DNA of 64,000 nucleotides. Source: Candidatus Moraniibacteriota bacterium (GTDB lineage: Bacteria; Patescibacteriota; Minisyncoccia; Moranbacterales; GCA-2747515). The translations under genes and the position numbers were made by a program. The notes below the pieces were generated by a model. That model worked only from the letters and a program-made list of their open reading frames with translations, was not told the origin of the DNA and did not search any database. Below, piece by piece: positions 26,225-35,554 of the stretch. Every line of letters begins with the position of its first letter. Position 1 is the stretch's first letter. The stretch is from the NCBI GenBank assembly GCA_942490825.1, contig CALNYG010000013.1, forward strand, positions 55,311 to 119,310, in the 5' to 3' direction.

Positions 26225-27430
26225 ATGGGAAGCTATGCATCATTTAAGATAAAAGATTATGAAGTTCTTTGGATGAAAAGCTACATTAGTCCACTTGTGG
26301 CAAGTCTTTTTATAGAAAGTGATAGGATTGAAAAAGATGATGGTAATGACAAATATAGGTATATCTATTATCAAACAAATGTTGAAACTATAAAAAAGAG
26401 ATTGGATATTATGGGATTTAATCTTGAAACATTAAAATGTGCATTTCATAAATCTAAAAGGTGTAAGTTGGATAATTTAAATGAGAAAAATAATGTAAAT
26501 TTTTTAGATAAATTTACTTTTGAAGAGTATTTAATTGCTTTAAAAAAAATTTATGACAGTAAGATAGATTTTTTCTTAAGTGAAAATAATTTATCGCATG
26601 AGGAAGTAGAAAGGATTAAGGAAGATGATCCATACGTTAAATACGTATTAGAAGAATGTGAAAGTTTTGGTGATTTAAGTATCGAATGTGTATTAAGAGG
26701 ATTTTTAGAAAAAATAGAAGATGACACCAGTGTTTCGGTAGATGTATCAGCGTTAATAGATGCGGGTTATTATGAAGAAAAAGATAAGATAGTTGAAAAA
26801 GAATCAGATATAAATAAAACAATTATTTTCACAGAAGGAAAGTATGATACATCAGTTATAAAACAGAGTATGAAATTATTGTATCCGCAATATGTGAAAT
26901 ATTTTTCATTTTTAGATATCGATTTAGCTAATCTTGAATTAGGATCAACTAGAGTAGTTACATATTTAAAATCTTTTATTTCGGCAGGAATTACAAATAG
27001 GGTTATAGTTTTATTTGATAATGATGTGGAGGGGATTTTTTGTAAAGAAGAGTTATTAAAATTAAAAAAAATTCCGAACAACTTTTGTATTCAAACGTAT
27101 CCCGATATAGATATTGCAAAAAATTATCCGACAAGGGGTCCTGCTGGGATAGAAAAAATAGATATTAATGGATCGGCTTGTAGCATTGAATTATATCTTT
27201 GTGAGAATGTTTTAAGAGAAAATAATGATTTAATTCCAATACAGTGGAAGTCTTTTAATGAAAGGATGGAAAAGTACCAAGGCTCTTTTTCTAGTAAAAA
27301 TAAGAGGCTGATACAGAAAAAGTATAATAATATTTTAAAGGATAAAAAAAATATAGAAAAGTATGACTTTAATAATATGAAGACTTTATTAGAAAGTATT
27401 TTTAGTGCCTTTGATGATAAGGTTTTATGA
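26225..27430 (+). CDS. Toprim-domain protein with an uncharacterised N-terminal domain (HEPN/Toprim-associated-like); putative defence nuclease
   Basis: TIIFTEGKYDTSVI (conserved Glu) and VLFDNDVEG (DxD) about 65 aa apart fit a Toprim fold. The N-terminus MGSYASFKIKDYEVLWMKSY...LFIESDR resembles, from memory, the N-terminal domain annotated as HEPN/Toprim-associated. Starts 3 nt after the pheT stop. Confidence 0.5.
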   Translation: MGSYASFKIKDYEVLWMKSYISPLVASLFIESDRIEKDDGNDKYRYIYYQTNVETIKKRLDIMGFNLETLKCAFHKSKRCKLDNLNEKNNVNFLDKFTFEEYLIALKKIYDSKIDFFLSENNLSHEEVERIKEDDPYVKYVLEECESFGDLSIECVLRGFLEKIEDDTSVSVDVSALIDAGYYEEKDKIVEKESDINKTIIFTEGKYDTSVIKQSMKLLYPQYVKYFSFLDIDLANLELGSTRVVTYLKSFISAGITNRVIVLFDNDVEGIFCKEELLKLKKIPNNFCIQTYPDIDIAKNYPTRGPAGIEKIDINGSACSIELYLCENVLRENNDLIPIQWKSFNERMEKYQGSFSSKNKRLIQKKYNNILKDKKNIEKYDFNNMKTLLESIFSAFDDKVL

Positions 27431-27529
27431 TAATTATAAAGCCAATTTGTAATAGCTACATTTTGAAATACGCAAATCAAACATTCTACAAGTAAAAATA
27501 AATTAATTTTGAGTAATAACTGAAAAATG

Positions 27530-27564
27530 TTAAAATATGTATAGGTAACCTATACATATTTTAA
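27530..27564. promoter_or_regulatory. 35-bp perfect palindrome (17-bp arms, 1-nt centre) 22 nt upstream of the R-M gene
   Basis: TTAAAATATGTATAGGT-A-ACCTATACATATTTTAA, verified base by base. Confidence 0.6.
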
Positions 27565-27585
27565 TTTTCCAAAATATAATTTATT

Positions 27586-30039
27586 ATGACTAATTTAAGA
27601 AAAAATGAAGCAAAAGGAGATATAAATTTATTTAATTTTATCAAAGAAAATAGAATTTACAGTAAAGATTGGACTGTTCAAAAGCAAAATAATAAATTTA
27701 TTCAAGAAATTTTAGATAAAACTAGTAAAAAGGGTAATGGAAATAAAGGTTATCCAGATTTGATTTACGTTAATGAAAATAAAAAATTATTAATTTTAAT
27801 TGAGAATAAAGATCAAATAAAAAGTCATGTTTCTAAAAATGAAGATAATCCTGTGGATTTTGCTGTTGATGGAATAAAGCATTATTTATCTTTTTTTACT
27901 GATGATAAATTATTGGAAGAGAAAGAAACCATTAAAAAATATTTTAAAGATTGGAAGATAATCGGAATTGCTTTTTCGGGAGATATTAATGATGAATATA
28001 ATCATAGACTAGATACATATGTTATTGAAGGTAATAATGTTAAAAATATTAACAAAAATGAAATTTTAGACGAAGAGGATTACTTGGCTTTTTTTGAGAA
28101 CGTCGATTTAGAAAAGATAGCTAATGATATTTCAAAATCTTCAAGTGAGATCAATACTTTGTTAAGAAATTTAGACTCACAGAAAAGACCTGTGCTTTTG
28201 AGTGCTTTAATGGTTTGTTTGTTTGAAAAGCCTACTTTTAGAAACTCTTTTAGAGAAAATTATTCAAATTATGATACTGATTATATTATTTCTAATATAC
28301 CACTTACAGTTGAAAAAATTCTTAAAAGTGAGAATATAACTCAGGAAAAAATAAATGTTCTTATAAATGAGTTAGCTTTCATGAAGACAGATAAGGATTT
28401 AAATGACACTGATATTTTAAAAGATATTTTAGTTGAATTGCAAGATAATGTTATTCCTCTTTTTGATAAAAAAACAAATTATGATATTATTGGAAAATTT
28501 TATGAGGAATTTTTAAGATATGCAGGAATTACAAATGTTAAAAAAGGTATTGTATTAACTCCAAATCACATTGCTACGTTATTTACAGAATTAATTGATA
28601 TAAAAACTGATGATATTTTTTTTGATCCAGCTTGTGGGACGGGAGCTTTTTTGATTGCGGGAATGAATAAACTTATTGATAAAATCAATAATTCTAGTTT
28701 AGTTGATAAGCAAGATAGAATTAAGAATATAAAAAAGAAACAGCTTATCGGATTTGAAAAAAGTAGTACAATGTATTCTTTGGCAATTTCAAATATGCTT
28801 TTTCGAGGAGATGGAAAATCTCAAATTTTTAACGAAGACTTTTTTTCAGAAGAGTCTAAAAAAGTTTTGAAAAATTTAAAGCCTACAATTGGTTTTGTTA
28901 ACCCTCCATACAGTGGCAAAGATAACAAAAAAAATCCTACAAAAAAAGAAATTCAATTTTTGGAGTTAATGTTAGATAATTGTAGTAGATATGGAATTAT
29001 TATCGCTCCACTTTCGACTTTTTTTAAGGATGAAAATTACAGAAATAGGATTTTAACAAAACATACTTTGAAGTACATGATTAATATGCCAAGTGATTTG
29101 TTTCAACCAAATGCTTCAGCTCCTACAGCAATTGCAGTTTTTGAAACAAATGAACCTCATGGCGATAATAAAGTGGTATTTTATGATTTGAAAGACGATG
29201 GTTTTGTTTTGTCTAAAAATAAAGGAAGAACTGATGTTTTTAACAAATGGGGCAGTGTAAAAAAAGAATTGTTAAAAAAAATAAAAAATCCATATGAAAA
29301 TGAAGATTTATTAAAATTGGTATATAAAAAAATAACAGGGGACGATGAGTGGATTATTCAAGCTCATTCAAAAAATAATTATAATGATCTAAATAACGTA
29401 AATTTTGATAAAAATTTAAAAAAGTTTTTAATATTTTATTTTAGACATCGTCTAAATTTAATTAATAAAAAAATTGATGAAATTACTTTAGTGGATATTT
29501 TTCGTAAAAATGGATTATCTAGTAATTCAATTTTAGATAATCATCTCGAATTAAATACAGACACATGGAAAGAATTTAGTTTGACAGATGTTTTTTCTCT
29601 TTCGTTAGGTAAGCCAATTCATAAAATACAAATATTTGAATCAGTTGATGATGGAGTTACTCCGTATATAACAAGAACTGCAAAAAACAATGGGACAGAG
29701 TTATTTTTGGATTCAAGTAATTTAGGAGATAAGGTGTCTAAAGGTAATTGCATTACTATTGGGGCTGAAGGCTTGAAATCATTCTATCAAAAAGAGGATT
29801 TTTTGACGGGTAATAAAATTAACATATTAAGAAATAAAGAAATTAATTTACACAGGGCTTTGTTTATTTGTACAGTTTTAGATTTTATAATAGAAGAAAA
29901 ATATACTTATGGAAGAGCTGTTGTAAAAAACAGATTGGAGAATGAAAAAATAAAACTTCCAGTAGATAAAAATGGAAATCCAGATTGGCAGTTTATGGAA
30001 GATTATATAAAATCATTGCCTTATTCTTCAAGTTTATAA
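27586..30039 (+). CDS. single-chain restriction-modification-specificity enzyme (Type IIG-like: PD-(D/E)xK nuclease + N6-adenine methyltransferase + HsdS-like TRD)
   Basis: N-terminus GYPDLIY...LLILIENKD (PD...ExK). FDPACGTGAFL (SAM motif I) precedes VNPPYSG (motif IV). The C-terminal ~180 aa (KEFSLTDVFSLSLGKPI...) resemble one type I S-subunit target-recognition domain. Confidence 0.7.
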   Translation: MTNLRKNEAKGDINLFNFIKENRIYSKDWTVQKQNNKFIQEILDKTSKKGNGNKGYPDLIYVNENKKLLILIENKDQIKSHVSKNEDNPVDFAVDGIKHYLSFFTDDKLLEEKETIKKYFKDWKIIGIAFSGDINDEYNHRLDTYVIEGNNVKNINKNEILDEEDYLAFFENVDLEKIANDISKSSSEINTLLRNLDSQKRPVLLSALMVCLFEKPTFRNSFRENYSNYDTDYIISNIPLTVEKILKSENITQEKINVLINELAFMKTDKDLNDTDILKDILVELQDNVIPLFDKKTNYDIIGKFYEEFLRYAGITNVKKGIVLTPNHIATLFTELIDIKTDDIFFDPACGTGAFLIAGMNKLIDKINNSSLVDKQDRIKNIKKKQLIGFEKSSTMYSLAISNMLFRGDGKSQIFNEDFFSEESKKVLKNLKPTIGFVNPPYSGKDNKKNPTKKEIQFLELMLDNCSRYGIIIAPLSTFFKDENYRNRILTKHTLKYMINMPSDLFQPNASAPTAIAVFETNEPHGDNKVVFYDLKDDGFVLSKNKGRTDVFNKWGSVKKELLKKIKNPYENEDLLKLVYKKITGDDEWIIQAHSKNNYNDLNNVNFDKNLKKFLIFYFRHRLNLINKKIDEITLVDIFRKNGLSSNSILDNHLELNTDTWKEFSLTDVFSLSLGKPIHKIQIFESVDDGVTPYITRTAKNNGTELFLDSSNLGDKVSKGNCITIGAEGLKSFYQKEDFLTGNKINILRNKEINLHRALFICTVLDFIIEEKYTYGRAVVKNRLENEKIKLPVDKNGNPDWQFMEDYIKSLPYSSSL

Positions 30040-30040
30040 C

Positions 30041-30304
30041 ATGACCTACTACGTCTACATCCTAAAATGTTCCGACCAAACACTCTACACAGGAATCACC
30101 ACAGACCCAAAACGCCGAATCCATGAACACAATAATTCAAATAAACTAGGCGCAAAATACACCCGACCCAGACGCCCCGTAAAACTAGTCTACACCAAAA
30201 AATACCCCACACGCTCAGAAGCAACTAAAGAAGAGATACGAATAAAAAAACTCTCACGTAAACAGAAAGAATCGCTAATAAGCTCATCTAAAAGCTCTTT
30301 TTAA
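30041..30304 (+). CDS. GIY-YIG nuclease family protein (UPF0213-like)
   Basis: YYVYILKCSDQTLYTGITTDPKRRIHEHN...R...E. ATG lies 1 nt after the stop of the R-M gene. Confidence 0.8.
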   Translation: MTYYVYILKCSDQTLYTGITTDPKRRIHEHNNSNKLGAKYTRPRRPVKLVYTKKYPTRSEATKEEIRIKKLSRKQKESLISSSKSSF

Positions 30305-30406
30305 GAAAATGACTATTATAAATAGTTAGACAGTTTTCAAAACAAAAACTATTGCTTTTTTTTCTTTACTATAGTATATTCAAGTTATTATAATTTAAAA
30401 AAATAA

Positions 30407-30631
30407 ATGAATAATATTTATTTAATCGCACAATCAGTAGTTTCAATTCTATTAATAACAGCTATCTTGTTTCAAAATAAAGAAGGTGGTTTAGGCGTAG
30501 TTGGAGGAAGCGTTGGAAGTTCTTACCACACAAAACGTGGATTTGAGAAATTCTTAACACAAAGTACAGTAGTCTTAAGTGCTTTATTCATATTCTTATC
30601 ACTAATAGTAGTGATGATAAAAGCTGGATAG
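30407..30631 (+). CDS. secG: preprotein translocase subunit SecG
   Basis: 74 aa, two TM segments, ILFQNKEGGLG motif. Confidence 0.75.
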   Translation: MNNIYLIAQSVVSILLITAILFQNKEGGLGVVGGSVGSSYHTKRGFEKFLTQSTVVLSALFIFLSLIVVMIKAG

Positions 30632-30704
30632 ATAAAATATCTTTATCGTTTTAATTATTAAATTTTAGTTTATCAAAAATTTTTCTGTTTCTACAATTTT
30701 TTCA

Positions 30705-32384
30705 GTGAGAAAATTGTTTGTTTCTACAAAGCATTTGCCATTACGTAATAAGATAGTGGTAGTTCTATTGTTATTAATTATTTTTGGAGGTCTAGCTTGG
30801 TTTTCTGTCAATCTATTCAAGCATTTAACAGAAAAAATACCAGCTACAGGAGGAAGATATACCGAGGCACTAGTTGGACAGCCAGGCTACTTAAATCCTT
30901 TATTAAATCAAACAAGTCCAATTGTTAGTTTAGTATACAGTGGATTATTTAGTTATGATGCAAACGGTGTGTTAATTACCGATTTAGCGGATAGATATGA
31001 AAGAAGCGAAGATGGAAAAGAATACACTATTTTTCTAAAACAAAATGTTCAATGGCATGATGGTGATCAATTCAATGCTGATGATGTTGTCTTTACTATT
31101 AACTTAATTAAAAATAAAGATTATGGAACAGTCGGTGTTGATTCAGGTTTAAGAATATCTCTTGATGGTGTAAATATCGAGAAGGTTGATGATTTTACTA
31201 TTAAGCTTATTTTGAAAGAAGAACGATTCGATTTTTTACATAGTCTGACAGTTGGAATTTTACCGCAACACAAGTGGTCCGAGATTAGCTTAAGTAGTTT
31301 TTTACTTTCTGATTTAAATAAGAAACCTATTGGAACTGGTCCGTTTGAATTTGTAAAGCGTGATGCTGATGATGATTATGTATCTTCATACACATTACGT
31401 TCAAATAAAGAGTATTATAAAGGTAGACCACGTATAAATAAAGTTGTCTTTAGATTCTATCCAGATCGTACTAGTGCAATTGATGCTTATAATAATAAAG
31501 AAGTTGTAGCGGTTACTGCAAATTCAAAAGATTATTTAGCTAGTGTAATTGACAAAAATACAGAAAAGCAAAAAATGATTTCACCTTTATATTTTGCAGT
31601 ATTTTTTAATCAGAAAAAAAGTGTGCCATTAGCTTATGATGAAGTACGTAAAGCCTTGGCTTTAGCTACTAATAATGAAGAAATTGTAAATCAGGTTTTT
31701 GGTGACATTGCAAATCCTATTTATTCTCCTTTCATGAAAGATTCTTTTGGATATAGTGATAAATATCAACAAGATAAACTTAATATTGAAGAAGCAAATA
31801 AATTACTAGAAGAGAAAGGCTGGAAAATGGAAGATGACGGTATTCGCAAAAAAGATGATGATCGTTTGGAATTTACTTTGCATGTTAGTTCTAATCCATC
31901 TTCGTATGTTCAAATAGCTAATGTTATAAAAAATCAGTGGAAACAAATAGGTGTAGATGTTAAAATTAATGAACATGATAGAGACAGTTTAAATGTTGAT
32001 GTTATTAATCCTCGAGATTTTGAAGCTTTGTTAATGAATCATTCAACTAGATTTTCTGATCCTGATCTTTTGTCTCTATGGCATAGTAAGAGTAGCGATT
32101 CAGGGAATAATTATTCGGGCATGAAAGATGATAAGCTAGATGAAATATTAGAGAAACTTAAAAAAGAAACAGATCAAGAAAAAAGGAAAGAATTATATGA
32201 AAAAACTCAAGAGCAAATTAAGTCTGAAAATCCAGCAATATTCTTATTTGCACCAGGATTTACTTTTGTGCATAGCGGTAGTTTAAAGGGCGTTGAGGCA
32301 GAGAGAATTAATTCAGCTAAGGGAAGATATGCTAATGTTCATCTTTGGTACCTTAAAGAAAAGCATGTTTTAAAAAAGAAATAG
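30705..32384 (+). CDS. ABC transporter substrate-binding protein, family 5 (peptide/nickel type), with no adjacent permease genes
   Basis: N-terminal anchor, then GGRYTEALVGQPGYLNPLL...WHDG..F.ADDVVFT, typical of SBP_bac_5. Confidence 0.7.
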   Translation: MRKLFVSTKHLPLRNKIVVVLLLLIIFGGLAWFSVNLFKHLTEKIPATGGRYTEALVGQPGYLNPLLNQTSPIVSLVYSGLFSYDANGVLITDLADRYERSEDGKEYTIFLKQNVQWHDGDQFNADDVVFTINLIKNKDYGTVGVDSGLRISLDGVNIEKVDDFTIKLILKEERFDFLHSLTVGILPQHKWSEISLSSFLLSDLNKKPIGTGPFEFVKRDADDDYVSSYTLRSNKEYYKGRPRINKVVFRFYPDRTSAIDAYNNKEVVAVTANSKDYLASVIDKNTEKQKMISPLYFAVFFNQKKSVPLAYDEVRKALALATNNEEIVNQVFGDIANPIYSPFMKDSFGYSDKYQQDKLNIEEANKLLEEKGWKMEDDGIRKKDDDRLEFTLHVSSNPSSYVQIANVIKNQWKQIGVDVKINEHDRDSLNVDVINPRDFEALLMNHSTRFSDPDLLSLWHSKSSDSGNNYSGMKDDKLDEILEKLKKETDQEKRKELYEKTQEQIKSENPAIFLFAPGFTFVHSGSLKGVEAERINSAKGRYANVHLWYLKEKHVLKKK

Positions 32385-32393
32385 ATTGAATTG

Positions 32394-32425
32394 AAAAAGA
32401 AACGGCTCAAGGTCGTTTCTTTTTT
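32394..32425 (+). terminator. intrinsic terminator
   Basis: AGAAACG-9 nt-CGTTTCT followed by TTTTT. Confidence 0.7.
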
Positions 32426-32449
32426 GTTTAAATTATTAATTTTAAATTT

Positions 32450-33037
32450 ATGATAAATAAAGAAATAATAAAAAAATCGTTGAAATGGCTTATAGTTTTT
32501 GGAGGGTTATTCACTAGCCTCATTTTTTTGTTTTATAATTATATATTTTTTGGAGAGCATGAAGTTTGTGAAAAATCATCAAAAGTTAAAGCGGACGGCA
32601 GAATTTCGATATCTGAGAAGGGCGTTTGTTTTGAGAGGTCTATTTGTAATCAATTGGAGGAAATTGTTAAATGCAAAAATTTAAATAATGGTTTTGATGA
32701 GCGTGATAGCAAAATTGTAAAAAATTTAAATAAGAATAATTTTAGATTTGAAAATATTGATGCAAGAATTGATAGAATTTTATTTATTTTTAAAGAGGAT
32801 AATTATGCAATATTTTTAGCTAATAAAAAATATTATAAAATTGAGAATATCGACCCAGATACTTTTCAATATCTCGGTGGAAAATATTCAAAAGATAAAA
32901 ATCATGTTTATTACAAAAATGAAATAATTGAAGTAGATTTAGAAACATTTATTTACGAAAGAGGCAATGGAAAAGCAATCGGAAAAGGGCGAGATAAAAA
33001 TGGAACTTGGATTAAGGGAATTTTACAGGACAAATAA
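32450..33037 (+). CDS. hypothetical membrane-anchored protein
   Basis: N-terminal TM segment. The C-terminal DKNHVYYKNEII resembles a DKNYY-type repeat (weak). Confidence 0.35.
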   Translation: MINKEIIKKSLKWLIVFGGLFTSLIFLFYNYIFFGEHEVCEKSSKVKADGRISISEKGVCFERSICNQLEEIVKCKNLNNGFDERDSKIVKNLNKNNFRFENIDARIDRILFIFKEDNYAIFLANKKYYKIENIDPDTFQYLGGKYSKDKNHVYYKNEIIEVDLETFIYERGNGKAIGKGRDKNGTWIKGILQDK

Positions 33038-33069
33038 AATTAAAGTTTTTTAACTTAACTATTGTAGTT

Positions 33070-33090
33070 AAAAGCCCGTGCGGCGAGCAC
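33070..33090 (+). repeat. GC-rich intergenic repeat, copy 3 (AAAAGCCCGTGCGGCGAGCAC)
   Basis: Read directly. Its 5' A-run pairs with TTTTAACT at 33048-33055 (partner AGTTAAAA at 33066-33073). Confidence 0.8.
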
Positions 33091-33111
33091 ATGAATTTTT
33101 TTAAAAGGTAC

Positions 33112-33139
33112 TTGAATAAATATTTAAAAAGAGTAAAAT
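33112..33139 (+). promoter_or_regulatory. sigma70-type promoter candidate for pgi
   Basis: TTGAAT, 16-nt spacer, TAAAAT. Confidence 0.45.
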
Positions 33140-33167
33140 TAAAGCGTTAAATATTAAAATCAAAAAT

Positions 33168-34469
33168 ATGAAATCAATAAGTTTTATAAATCATGATAAT
33201 TCTAGTTACGTTGAGGATAAAGAAGTTCAGCAGAAGATTTTAAAGTCAGTAGAAGTGTTAGAAAATAAAAGCGGTGCAGGGGCAGATTCATTAGGTTGGA
33301 TAGATTTACCTAATGATTATGATAAAGAAGAATATCAAAACATTAATAACGTTGCTGAGGAAATAAGAGAGAACGCAGACGTTTTTATAACAATAGGTAT
33401 CGGAGGATCTTATTTGGGCGCTAGAGCCGTTATAGAGGCGTTGTCGCATCCTTTTCATAACACATTGAATCGTGATGAAAAAAGAAAATCTCCAGAGATG
33501 TATTACGCAGGCATTAATATGAGTGGAGAATATTTAGATGCTTTAGGAGATATTATTGAAAATAAAAGTGTTTACATTAATGTTATTTCTAAATCAGGGA
33601 CAACTTTAGAACCAGCTTTAGCCTTTCGATTTTTTAAAGAAAAATTAGTTAGTAAATATGGCAAAGAAGAAGCGAGTAAAAGAATAATTTGTACCACTGA
33701 TAAAGAAAAAGGAGCGTTAAAAAATGCTTGCAATAAAGAGGATTATCGAACTTTTGTTGTGCCGGATGATGTTGGTGGACGATATTCAGTTTTGACGGCA
33801 GTTGGACTTTTGCCGATTGCAGTGGCAGGGATTGATATTGATGAGTTGATGAGAGGTGCTAGTGATTCAATTGAATTATTTAAAAAACCTTTTGAGGATA
33901 ATCTTTGTTATCAATATGCGGCTTTTCGAACAAAAATGAATACTTTAGAAAAAAAGACTGAGATTATGGCGACTTATGAACCGTCTCTTTATTATTTTTC
34001 TGAATGGTGGAAACAACTTTTTGGTGAGTCGGAAGGTAAAGAAAATAAGGGTATTTTTCCTGCATCAGTTAATCTGACGACTGATTTGCATTCCATGGGT
34101 CAATATATTCAAGAGGGGCAGAGAAATATTTTTGAAACTGTTGTAAGTGTTAATTCATCTTCTTCTGAAAATAAAGTTGTTTCGGATGAAGAGAATTATG
34201 ATGGATTGAATTTTTTGGCGGGTAAATCAATTGATTTGATTAATTGTAAGGCAAAAGAGGGAACTATTAAGGCTCATGTTTCGGGGGATGTTCCAACTTG
34301 CGAAATTATAATGCCTGAGAAAAATGAATATTACTTAGGGCAATTGATTTATTTTTTTGAAAAGGTTTGTGCGATCAGTGCTTATTCTTTGGGTGTGAAT
34401 CCGTTTAATCAGTCTGGTGTTGAGGTTTATAAGAAAAATATGTATGAGTTATTGGAGGATTTGAAGTAG
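33168..34469 (+). CDS. pgi: glucose-6-phosphate isomerase
   Basis: GIGGSYLGARAV, SKSGTTLEP, DDVGGRYSVLTAVGL, GESEGK motifs. 433 aa. Confidence 0.9.
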   Translation: MKSISFINHDNSSYVEDKEVQQKILKSVEVLENKSGAGADSLGWIDLPNDYDKEEYQNINNVAEEIRENADVFITIGIGGSYLGARAVIEALSHPFHNTLNRDEKRKSPEMYYAGINMSGEYLDALGDIIENKSVYINVISKSGTTLEPALAFRFFKEKLVSKYGKEEASKRIICTTDKEKGALKNACNKEDYRTFVVPDDVGGRYSVLTAVGLLPIAVAGIDIDELMRGASDSIELFKKPFEDNLCYQYAAFRTKMNTLEKKTEIMATYEPSLYYFSEWWKQLFGESEGKENKGIFPASVNLTTDLHSMGQYIQEGQRNIFETVVSVNSSSSENKVVSDEENYDGLNFLAGKSIDLINCKAKEGTIKAHVSGDVPTCEIIMPEKNEYYLGQLIYFFEKVCAISAYSLGVNPFNQSGVEVYKKNMYELLEDLK

Positions 34470-34491
34470 GATTTTTTAATTTTAGGAAAAT

Positions 34492-34528
34492 AAAAAAAGA
34501 CATAGGTTTTTGGCTTATGTCTTTTTTT
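34492..34528. terminator. bidirectional terminator between convergent pgi and the 34527-35549 gene
   Basis: AAAAAAGACATA-11 nt-TATGTCTTTTTT, with A/T runs on both sides. Confidence 0.7.
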
Positions 34529-35549
34529 AAATAATATTTTCATCTTTAGCCCAATTTTCTAATTTTTTGATACGTTTTAATGCAATTTTTTGATCTTTTT
34601 TGTTATAGCGTTTTGCATAATTGATTTGCTGTTTTTTCCAACTTGAAAAGCCTCCAACATAATGTTTAATCATTTCTTTTTCAAAATTGATAATCTGTGA
34701 TTCTTTTTCATTTTCTGTAAGGTCAGGAAGGTTTTTTATGTGATTAAATAAATCTTGAGTTTCTTTGTCTTTTTTTGCAATTGTTCTGAAAATTTTAATG
34801 TGTTCAATTGGTAGTATTTTTTCTATTTTTTCAATTTCATGTATGTCTAAGACTGGATAAGGATTATCTATTCCCACTTTTTTATTCCAATCAAATTTTA
34901 TCACGCTGATAGGGTATCTTAAAAGATGTAAAGTTATGATATTGATTATAATTTTTTCATAAGTTTTAATCCAATCTAAAAAAATCTCAGGTTCAAATGT
35001 TTGATGATTAGGTTTATGTGTTCCTAAATAATTTGAGTATTTGTAGCCTTTTGTATGGATGTAATTATGTAAGAAATTCAATTTATTAAATTCTTCAATA
35101 AAATTAAATTTTTTATCAAACTCTTTAATATTCTTATTTAGAAGAAGTATCTTTTTTATTTGTGGAGAATACGGAGTATTTGCTTCTTTAGAATCTTTTG
35201 ATTTGAGCCATTTCTTTATATTTACAGGTCCGTTGTCGTCTATGTTGTAATAAATTGAAAGAAGACCTAATTCAAATCCGCTACGTAAAGACATAAATGC
35301 TTGTTTATAAAAGCCAAATACAGCTAGATTGAATGATATTTGTAATTCTCGCCATGCTTCCATGTGAGGAAAATTATGACCAGAAAAAAAATTTTCAGTT
35401 GTCAGCGGAATAGTTTTCCAAGTACTATTATAAGACCAGCTTAATTCTTCAATTCTTAGTTTTTTATCTTTATTTGATAGAAAAAATTTTTCAGTTTCTT
35501 TTAAAACAACGTTGCTTTTTTCTGGTGTATAAATAAATGGTGAAAACAT
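34527..35549 (-). CDS. hypothetical protein (340 aa), family not recognised
   Basis: Clean ORF 5 nt downstream of the DNPH1-like gene. All-helical-looking sequence with a basic, K-rich C-terminus. Confidence 0.4.
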   Translation of the reverse strand: MFSPFIYTPEKSNVVLKETEKFFLSNKDKKLRIEELSWSYNSTWKTIPLTTENFFSGHNFPHMEAWRELQISFNLAVFGFYKQAFMSLRSGFELGLLSIYYNIDDNGPVNIKKWLKSKDSKEANTPYSPQIKKILLLNKNIKEFDKKFNFIEEFNKLNFLHNYIHTKGYKYSNYLGTHKPNHQTFEPEIFLDWIKTYEKIIINIITLHLLRYPISVIKFDWNKKVGIDNPYPVLDIHEIEKIEKILPIEHIKIFRTIAKKDKETQDLFNHIKNLPDLTENEKESQIINFEKEMIKHYVGGFSSWKKQQINYAKRYNKKDQKIALKRIKKLENWAKDENII

Positions 35550-35554
35550 TTTTT

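Noticed and set aside
30677-30730. Hairpin ACAATTTT-9 nt-AAAATTGT spanning the GTG start of the substrate-binding protein gene, plus a direct repeat TGTTTCTACAA, as a translational control element
   Set aside because: The start codon itself is uncertain, and short AT-rich stems of this kind are frequent by chance in this composition. Nothing distinguishes it from background.
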